From a virus, in IMG/VR virus record IMGVR_UViG_3300010883_021048, positions 9,744 through 73,743 of that record: a DNA stretch of 64,000 nucleotides. One strand, written 5' to 3'. Under the pieces are notes generated by a model. That model was given only the letters and a program-made list of their open reading frames with translations, was not told the origin of the DNA and made no database searches. A program made the translations under genes and the position numbers. The first letter of the stretch is position 1. Each line of letters opens with the position of its first letter. Below are positions 58,548 to 64,000 of the stretch, piece after piece.

Positions 58548-58984
58548 GTGGATATTCCAGTGTAAACCAATCCACCTTCTTCATGCATGGCATCAGGCCA
58601 GATAGTGATCCAGTCATTATATAACGCTTCGACATCGGTATCAACAAGTCCGGTATCGATATATAACTCGCCGTTCTCTTCATCGATAATAGCAGAGGGC
58701 CCAAAAAGATCCAAGGCTTGACGATAAACATCATCACTAACAGTATCGCCAGTAGCGCTACCAGGTCCAGGCCGGCCTTGCTCTTGAATACCCGCTAAGT
58801 CAGCCCATCGAGCTTCATCAACGAAATCAAGCTTAGGGTCAGCTTCTTCATCATCACCCCAGCTCCGGGATAGAACATCCTTCTCATAGCCTTCGGTCCC
58901 TTCTTCGCCACCTGGATGGTTCGCAAGGACAGTCTTTTCTTCCATCAGCATCTTTGCTAATTGCTTTACAGTTACTTTTTTCAT
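58544..58984 (-). CDS. Leader-array member 6 (variant MKKVTVKQLAKMLMEEKTVL...)
   Basis: Start re-assigned to the ATG at 58984, which overlaps the upstream TGA (ATGA). Confidence 0.75.
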   Translation of the reverse strand: MKKVTVKQLAKMLMEEKTVLANHPGGEEGTEGYEKDVLSRSWGDDEEADPKLDFVDEARWADLAGIQEQGRPGPGSATGDTVSDDVYRQALDLFGPSAIIDEENGELYIDTGLVDTDVEALYNDWITIWPDAMHEEGGLVYTGIST

Positions 58985-59121
58985 AGGTAGTACGCTCCAA
59001 TAAGAGAACCGATTATCGCGCCTTTGGCGAAAGCGATCCATATAATTTGATAAGCGGAAAGTCCAAGACGATCCGCCATATTACTCAATAATTCTTTGTG
59101 CCATTTCGCTAAACGGGTCAT
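58981..59121 (-). CDS. 46-aa membrane peptide (not in ORF track)
   Basis: MTRLAKWHKELLSNMADRLGLSAYQIIWIAFAKGAIIGSLIGAYYL*; ATGA coupling to the next gene. Confidence 0.65.
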   Translation of the reverse strand: MTRLAKWHKELLSNMADRLGLSAYQIIWIAFAKGAIIGSLIGAYYL

Positions 59122-59126
59122 TTGAC

Positions 59127-59228
59127 TTAAGCCATCCGTGAGATAATCGTTGTATCATCCCGCTCGGAGAGCAACGGGTTGCATTCCTCACGTATAATAC
59201 TTCTTGTTAATTCTTTAGAGGCGGACAT
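59127..59228 (-). CDS. Leader-array member 5: 33-aa leader-only mini-ORF or remnant (not in ORF track)
   Basis: MSASKELTRSIIREECNPLLSERDDTTIISRMA*; ATG 1 nt after the upstream stop. Confidence 0.45.
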   Translation of the reverse strand: MSASKELTRSIIREECNPLLSERDDTTIISRMA

Positions 59229-59229
59229 T

Positions 59230-59547
59230 TCAATACTCACCATTGATTAGACGACCTTCGATATCGATGAAGACCTTTGTGATCGCATCGTTGATACCAG
59301 AGTCGACTTCGAGCACAGCATCGTTGACCATATCTTCCCAGAGATCCTTGTCCCTGGTGACATCGCTAGGGTAATCGAGACCCTCGTCAAATAGAGCAAT
59401 CATCTTTCTAAGGAAGATGTCACCAACAGCACGTGATGCCTGTTCAATGACGTCTTGGACTTCGGTCATGTCCGTCATGCTCTCCCTTAATAGGCGGGTA
59501 CGCTCTTCACGGATAATCTTCTTTAACTGTTTCTTAGATACTTTCAT
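59230..59547 (-). CDS. Leader-array member 4 (MKVSKKQLKKIIREERTRLLRE...)
   Basis: Shared leader; C-terminus DIEGRLINGEY. Confidence 0.8.
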   Translation of the reverse strand: MKVSKKQLKKIIREERTRLLRESMTDMTEVQDVIEQASRAVGDIFLRKMIALFDEGLDYPSDVTRDKDLWEDMVNDAVLEVDSGINDAITKVFIDIEGRLINGEY

Positions 59548-59562
59548 TGTGTGTAATCCTTG

Positions 59563-59877
59563 TTAAGCGTAATCGCCGTTATGCAAGCGTTCCTCGACAT
59601 CATTGAAGAGCTCGAGCATCATCTTGGCTGCACCAGAGTCAATGATGGCCTGATAATATGCGAAGCCGGCAGCAGAGATCTCTTGCTCCCACCCAGGTCC
59701 GGTGCCTTGGTATGATTCGGCGCCAACGAGATCCTCGAAAAGCTCCTGCATTGCCATGGCTACGTTCTCTTCAAGCTCAGTAGGTGTTTCACCGATTAGG
59801 GATTCACCACCTTGCTCTGATAGCTTGGCACGCTCTTCTGCAATTAGGCGTCTTATTTGTGATTTGTTTAACTTCAT
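59563..59877 (-). CDS. Leader-array member 3 (MKLNKSQIRRLIAEERAKLSEQ...)
   Basis: Shared leader; C-terminus DVEERLHNGDYA. Confidence 0.8.
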   Translation of the reverse strand: MKLNKSQIRRLIAEERAKLSEQGGESLIGETPTELEENVAMAMQELFEDLVGAESYQGTGPGWEQEISAAGFAYYQAIIDSGAAKMMLELFNDVEERLHNGDYA

Positions 59878-59879
59878 GA

Positions 59880-60146
59880 TTAGCGTCCTTGTTGGTTGTC
59901 GAGGTCTAGTACTGAATCTGCAATATCTTGTAGTTCACCAGAGAGTTCTTCTGGATCCATACCATTATTAAGGAGAAATGAAACTGCGTCGTTGATTAGC
60001 CCTAACTGTTTTGATATCTCTGTTGGGCTCATATCGTAGCGCTGCGACGTACCATCACGGTTGTAGGTCTGGGAGCCTTGCTCACTGAGGAGCTTGGTCT
60101 TCTCTTCTTTAATGATGTTACGCAATTGGCGTTTCGAAACTTTCAT
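59880..60146 (-). CDS. Leader-array member 2 (MKVSKRQLRNIIKEEKTKLLSEQ...)
   Basis: Shared leader; GAGG RBS. Confidence 0.8.
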   Translation of the reverse strand: MKVSKRQLRNIIKEEKTKLLSEQGSQTYNRDGTSQRYDMSPTEISKQLGLINDAVSFLLNNGMDPEELSGELQDIADSVLDLDNQQGR

Positions 60147-60155
60147 AGGTTACCT

Positions 60156-60620
60156 CTATCGTAATTGGTTGGCTAGTTGTCTAAGATCTTCTAGTGCGAG
60201 TCTAGCATCTTCAAGGTCTAGACCTAATTCATCGGCCATACCGGCATCGACAAGGACAGTTTCATGCTTATCCTGCCATGCTGCTATAGCTAAGGTAGCG
60301 TCATGCATCATTTCTTGTAGGTCCTTAAAGGCACCACCGAACTTAAGCGTCTGAAATGCATTCTCTTTAGGATCGGCTGAGGGGGCCGGCATCGGCTGTT
60401 CGGTTAGGTCGTTGTTATTGTTACTGTATGTACCAATGACTCTAGCGTCTTTACCGTATGACTTGGCGAAATCAGGAGTCCGGTTTGGGTTCCAGTCTGC
60501 AAAACCGATACTTCCGGCGCCGAATCGTGCTTCGTTAAGGGTTTCTTTAGATGAATCGCTAGAGAGTCTCGCGCGCTCTTCTCTAATGATCTGGCGTAGC
60601 CTTTTCTTACTAATCTTCAT
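60156..60620 (-). CDS. Leader-array member 1 (MKISKKRLRQIIREERARL...TLNE)
   Basis: Shared leader; AGGAG RBS; ATACTTA motif at 60668-60674. Confidence 0.8.
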   Translation of the reverse strand: MKISKKRLRQIIREERARLSSDSSKETLNEARFGAGSIGFADWNPNRTPDFAKSYGKDARVIGTYSNNNNDLTEQPMPAPSADPKENAFQTLKFGGAFKDLQEMMHDATLAIAAWQDKHETVLVDAGMADELGLDLEDARLALEDLRQLANQLR

Positions 60621-60691
60621 GGGGGGTGTCTCCTGAGGTTACACTCGTTAAGAGTTGACGTCATTGTTAAGTATTTCGTAACGAGCTACTT

Positions 60692-60877
60692 TTAACGCAC
60701 ATGCTTTAATTCCTTGCTCGGTGGGGGAACCTTTTGGCTCTTTTCATGCTTTACATATATGTGAAGTATGATTGCGAACGTCAATGCTGCTATTATAATA
60801 GGATAATCCCTAACGAATACCTCTTTTACTTTTTGAAATTGCTCCGAGAATTTTTTACGCTTTTTGTCATAATACAA
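60692..60877 (-). CDS. Possible small membrane protein
   Basis: Hydrophobic segment YPIIIAALTFAIILHIYV; start uncertain. Confidence 0.35.
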   Translation of the reverse strand: MYYDKKRKKFSEQFQKVKEVFVRDYPIIIAALTFAIILHIYVKHEKSQKVPPPSKELKHVR

Positions 60878-61017
60878 TTGGGGGCTCTGTGCAGTTTTAG
60901 AAAAGTCTGAGAAGTAATTTTAGGAGAAAAGGGGGTACGTGTTTCAAACTGAGTCCGAAAAAAATTTACACGAGCTAAGGCACAGCCGCCCCAGAAAAGC
61001 CCACTGAGTATGCCCAG

Positions 61018-61245
61018 AGGGGCCAGAATAGGGGCCAATTCGGCCAATTTTAGGGGCCTCTAGAGGGGCCTCCAGGGACACTTTATAGGGGCCTCCATAG
61101 GGGCCTTCTGATACATCTATATGGCCCTCTGACAAGGCCCCTCCACCAGAGCTTTCTGTAACTGCTACTGTTTCTGGTGTAACATGTAACATTTAATGTA
61201 TCAGATATGTTACACGATGATACATTTTTGATACATTTATGTTAC
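61018..61245. repeat. Iteron-like repeat region: six AGGGGCC plus an inverted copy, then helically phased TGWWWCA heptamers
   Basis: AGGGGCC at 61018, 61030, 61052, 61064, 61087, 61099; GGCCCCT at 61136; TGTAACA/TGTATCA/TGTTACA/TGATACA-type sites at 61178, 61185, 61197, 61208, 61218, 61229, 61240. Confidence 0.85.
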
Positions 61246-61650
61246 TCCTGTGAGCTCAGGGCGGACTGTGTAACCGAAGAACGACGCTGTCGCTGCTAGC
61301 CCGCAGTATAAATGTATCAGTTCGACCCGAGTAAAGTCAGCCATACCGGCTTGTTCACGAGCTGCATTAGGATCACATCCCTCTAACCAGTATTCTATAT
61401 CTTGCATTACGTTACTGACTAGCCACGCTGTGATGGTCCTGTCATTGACTGCTGCATAGTTCTCATTCCAATGTTCTATATACTTTGCTACCTTAGCATC
61501 GACTCTATCCATATAGACTTCCTTAGCACTTTCTGTTATAAGCCGCGCATGACCATGCTTCTGGTAGAATGAAGCCTTAGCAGAATGTTGATTGTTCGGG
61601 TGAACGGTTGTTTCGAAGGGATACGTTATCACCGCGTGAAGTGGAGTCAT
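61237..61650 (-). CDS. Hypothetical protein
   Basis: Likely start is the ATG at 61650 (ATGA overlap with the vWA gene stop), MTPLHAVITYPF... Confidence 0.6.
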   Translation of the reverse strand: MTPLHAVITYPFETTVHPNNQHSAKASFYQKHGHARLITESAKEVYMDRVDAKVAKYIEHWNENYAAVNDRTITAWLVSNVMQDIEYWLEGCDPNAAREQAGMADFTRVELIHLYCGLAATASFFGYTVRPELTGVT

Positions 61651-63065
61651 GCTGCCGTCCTGTCCATTGTCTTTGGCCAGCGCATCTTGATGATGACATC
61701 CTTCTTGTAGTTGGTCATCCAGTCCTGTACTGCGCCGTCGGGTGTAATCACCCAAGCACGTGGTAGACGACTCGGACCGGGGTCGCTAGCGTACCCATCC
61801 GTGAGGATGATGTAGCCATCAAAGACTCGCTTCCGCTTATTAGCATGGGCACTGGGAGCCTTGAAACAGGTACCTCCGCCCCTGGTCCGGTGTGGGGGGT
61901 GACCGTTCTTTCGCTTCCACACTGCCTTACTATCTTCGTCTACCTCAGTGTCGAAGTGGAAGTTTGTGAACTCTGTATTCTTAGCCAAGTTAGCCAACTC
62001 ACCGAAGCATAGTGCCAACTCAGCATCGCTTACCGAACCGGACTGGTCAATGTATGTAGCCACACTAGAAGTATAAGACCTCTTAGCTCCGGGGACCAAC
62101 CGACCCATGGTCGAGTGGATACGACTGTAAGAAGTAGTCCGGTTAGCTCGGCGACTGTAGCCGCAGAAGCGGTCTAAGATTTTCTGCCAAGGGACTTCAT
62201 TAACCAGTGCTGCCTTAATCTGACGCCTGAGCTCTGCAGGTACCGAACCCCATTGACCCTTTGCATCACACTCTTTAGCAGCGTTACCAGCAGCTTCCTT
62301 AATCTTGGCCTTGATGAACTCACGGTCTTCATCAGACATTTCGTCCCAGCCTTCATGGTCATCCAAGGTACCTGGGATTGTAGGAAGAGGATTACCGTCT
62401 GCATCACAGACTTCACCGTTCTCACCGATAGTAACGTCACCATCACGGAGTGCATCCGCTAGACTCTTACCACCTGGACCGGCTTGGTTTTCAATAGCAT
62501 CTTTAACTTCAGGGTCTTCCATCAACCGGGCGAAGTACCATTCGGCAGACATCTTACCTGGGAAGCTGGCGACCTTATCGGATACCAACTGGTACCGAGC
62601 CACGGCATTTTCTCCCATACGCTCCTTGTCTTCATCGGTAAGCTCCTTGAAAGCCTTGCCCGGGAATAGACCGAAGTCGGGAAGCTCACCAACCAAGTGG
62701 CTGTTAATGGCCAAGTCGGTAGCGTAGTTCCAGATGATGTGTGGCTCGTACTTACGAGTCGTAGTATGTTCGAAGATGAGGTGGAGCATTTCGTGCTTCA
62801 TGACTCCCCGGATGTGCTTACCCGGTAGAGCTGCAAGGAATGCCTTGTTGAACCACATCTTAAGATCGCCATCCTTAGCCAGAACACCAGCTGTGCGGAT
62901 ACGATCTGTTGGGACCTTGGTAACTCGGCGAAGAACCTTACCGTAGAAGGGTTCCTCTAGCATCATAGCTACAAGGTGTGGTTTGATATCAAAGGCTTTG
63001 GCAGTAGCTTCGTCAGCAAACTGAATGCCGGCTACTTCGGTGGTGGTGTTTTCGTCTTTAGCCAT
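61647..63065 (-). CDS. DUF2201-type metallopeptidase + vWA domain protein
   Basis: KHEMLHL (HExxH), WNYATDLAIN, DDH..W, IDQSGSVS MIDAS, GGGT, ILTDGY; start re-assigned to the ATG at 63065 (GGAG RBS). Confidence 0.88.
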   Translation of the reverse strand: MAKDENTTTEVAGIQFADEATAKAFDIKPHLVAMMLEEPFYGKVLRRVTKVPTDRIRTAGVLAKDGDLKMWFNKAFLAALPGKHIRGVMKHEMLHLIFEHTTTRKYEPHIIWNYATDLAINSHLVGELPDFGLFPGKAFKELTDEDKERMGENAVARYQLVSDKVASFPGKMSAEWYFARLMEDPEVKDAIENQAGPGGKSLADALRDGDVTIGENGEVCDADGNPLPTIPGTLDDHEGWDEMSDEDREFIKAKIKEAAGNAAKECDAKGQWGSVPAELRRQIKAALVNEVPWQKILDRFCGYSRRANRTTSYSRIHSTMGRLVPGAKRSYTSSVATYIDQSGSVSDAELALCFGELANLAKNTEFTNFHFDTEVDEDSKAVWKRKNGHPPHRTRGGGTCFKAPSAHANKRKRVFDGYIILTDGYASDPGPSRLPRAWVITPDGAVQDWMTNYKKDVIIKMRWPKTMDRTAA

Positions 63066-63117
63066 GTTATGAACTCCAAGGGTTTGATGGGCCGTATTCC
63101 CCATTCCTTATATTAAT

Positions 63118-63146
63118 ATTATACCATGGTTTTAAGTATTATTGCA
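63118..63146 (-). promoter_or_regulatory. sigma70-like promoter with extended -10 (TGGTATAAT)
   Basis: TGCAAT-N17-TATAAT upstream of the vWA gene. Confidence 0.6.
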
Positions 63147-63159
63147 CGATTATCTGAAA

Positions 63160-63420
63160 CTAATCATTATTTTCTTCGTCTCTAATTGACGCTCGGTACA
63201 CATCTGTCTTACCTGCCTTGGCAGTGTCTTCTAGCGTACGGTCCATTGTACCTGTAAGCTCAATGGTATCCATAATTGCTGTAATACGTGCATGAAGAGC
63301 ATCTAGCTTTTCTTTATAGCCGTGCTGGACATAACCGTCGTTTCTAAAATTGGTTGCTTCTGCGTGCCACTCTTGAATTTGAGCTAGCATATCTTTAACT
63401 GACATCTTTTTTGTGAGCAT
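63160..63420 (-). CDS. Hypothetical protein
   Basis: Likely start is the ATG at 63420 (GGAG RBS), immediately after the terminator. Confidence 0.6.
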   Translation of the reverse strand: MLTKKMSVKDMLAQIQEWHAEATNFRNDGYVQHGYKEKLDALHARITAIMDTIELTGTMDRTLEDTAKAGKTDVYRASIRDEENND

Positions 63421-63441
63421 TAATCTCTCCGGAGGGACAAT

Positions 63442-63480
63442 AAAAAAAAGAAGGGCCGGAGAACCCTCATACTCCGGCCC
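63442..63480 (-). terminator. Rho-independent terminator
   Basis: GGGCCGGAG-loop-CTCCGGCCC followed by TTCTTTTTTTT. Confidence 0.85.
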
Positions 63481-63490
63481 AACACCCGAC

Positions 63491-64000
63491 TTACTTTTGG
63501 GTTGCTCGGGCAGCATTCACTAGATCGACTACCTTCATTCCGATAGTCTTGTTCAGGGGCAACAGATTCTTCATGTTACCAGCCCTTTGGACCGCGGTGA
63601 AAGTCTGGATAAGGAATTCCCCACCCAGTGTCTCGGCGAAGGCTGCGATAGCCTTGACCTGCTTAGCCTTCCAGTTGTTCTCTTTAGAATGGTCATGGAG
63701 CTTCTCAATGATACCCGTAATCTGACTAGCAGGAGCATCCTTGACATCATCAGCTGTAATCTTACCATTCAAGATATCTTCAGCAGATACCTGGAGTTCG
63801 TAGTTGACGACGAAGTCACGGAATGCAATGGCTGCCTCCGTACCGACGAACCCAGCCGCGATAGGATAGAAGGTTGCGGGAACATTGTTACCAGCCAACT
63901 TCTCAGGAGCCATGTCCATGTGGACCATAGCATCCAACATCCGGTGCCAAGAGGCAGGAGTCGGAATGACCGTACCAGGCTCAACGTCGCTTGGCTCTAC
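63491..64000 (-). CDS. C-terminal part of a MoxR-like AAA+ ATPase (partner of the vWA protein); 5' end outside the window
   Basis: Frame open to the window edge: ...VIPTPASWHRML...AAGFVGTEAAIAFRDF; proximity to the DUF2201/vWA gene. Confidence 0.65.
   Translation of the reverse strand, partial: VEPSDVEPGTVIPTPASWHRMLDAMVHMDMAPEKLAGNNVPATFYPIAAGFVGTEAAIAFRDFVVNYELQVSAEDILNGKITADDVKDAPASQITGIIEKLHDHSKENNWKAKQVKAIAAFAETLGGEFLIQTFTAVQRAGNMKNLLPLNKTIGMKVVDLVNAARATQK

Noticed and set aside
55163-60620. CRISPR array, integron attC cassettes or DGR repeats as the explanation for the repeated gene starts
   Set aside because: The repeats are in-frame coding sequence with synonymous variation; there are no constant-length spacers, intergenic palindromes, cas genes, integrase or reverse transcriptase in the window.
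55163-60620. Sec/Tat signal peptides or RiPP precursor leaders
   Set aside because: The leader has no hydrophobic h-region or Tat consensus. The payloads are mostly 70-250 aa rather than short cores, and no maturase or transporter is adjacent (the radical SAM genes are >30 kb away in a glycan context).
60826-61192. ORFs 60944-61192 and 60826-61047 as real genes
   Set aside because: They translate the GGGGCC repeat region into low-complexity G/P-rich sequence without a clear RBS; a non-coding repeat explains them better.
2338-62946. The many + strand ORFs of 60-170 aa in the ORF track (e.g. 3857-4330, 33526-34044, 37377-37835, 62305-62727)
   Set aside because: They lie antisense within well-supported - strand genes and show no motifs; these are shadow ORFs.
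1-64000. Eukaryotic giant virus or bacterial chromosome origin (suggested by PMM, GT6, the O-antigen-like island and prkA/spoVR)
   Set aside because: Baseplate gp25/gp6/gp5 genes, a gp55-like sigma, Shine-Dalgarno sites, sigma70 promoters and dense unidirectional packing indicate a large bacteriophage.
1-64000. Stop-codon reassignment (seen in some huge phages)
   Set aside because: Conserved genes are full length in the standard code, and TAA, TAG and TGA all occur at natural gene ends.
1-64000. tRNA/rRNA genes, introns or inteins
   Set aside because: Intergenic gaps are short and none showed a cloverleaf or T-loop signature by eye; enzymes are of normal length with no intein motifs. A tRNAscan/Infernal run would be needed to be certain.

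Overview
A 64-kb segment of a very large tailed (myovirus-type, jumbo/huge) bacteriophage genome, standard genetic code, almost entirely coded on the - strand. Left to right: (1) a baseplate module (gpI/gp7-like wedge fragment, gp6/J-like, gp25-like, gp5-like spike) and a T4 gp55-like late sigma factor; (2) a ~23-kb glycan-biosynthesis island with gmd, fcl/colC, colD (GDP-colitose/fucose pathway), about 11 glycosyltransferases (GT4, GT2, GT6, GT7-like, GT8-like, GT11, GT90/CAP10-like), two B12-radical SAM enzymes, nadE and ugd; (3) an AT-rich tandem-repeat intergenic site and two ~1000-aa tail-fibre-like genes; (4) PIN-PhoH, a stand-alone sigma-4 HTH protein, an Hc1 histone-like protein, a YkuK RNase H-like protein, a degenerate GroEL paralogue, a complete PrkA(YeaG)-SpoVR(YcgB)-YeaH trio, Nudix, cupin, cytidylyltransferase, DinG helicase, eukaryote-type PMM, a lipoprotein trypsin and a Dps-like gene; (5) the most striking feature: a 5.5-kb array (55163-60620) of 13 short genes with mostly unrelated acidic bodies that all begin with the same basic amphipathic leader (M-K-I/V-T/S-K-R-Q-L-R-x-I-I-R/K-E-E, usually followed by L-x-E). 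By analogy with the T4 capsid-targeting sequence and I/L-x-E prohead-protease sites, this is a candidate leader-tagged capsid-loading cargo system; (6) a non-coding iteron-like region with phased AGGGGCC and TGWWWCA repeats (candidate origin or pac site), then a DUF2201/vWA plus AAA-ATPase module. All functional calls come from motif recognition by eye; no searches were run.
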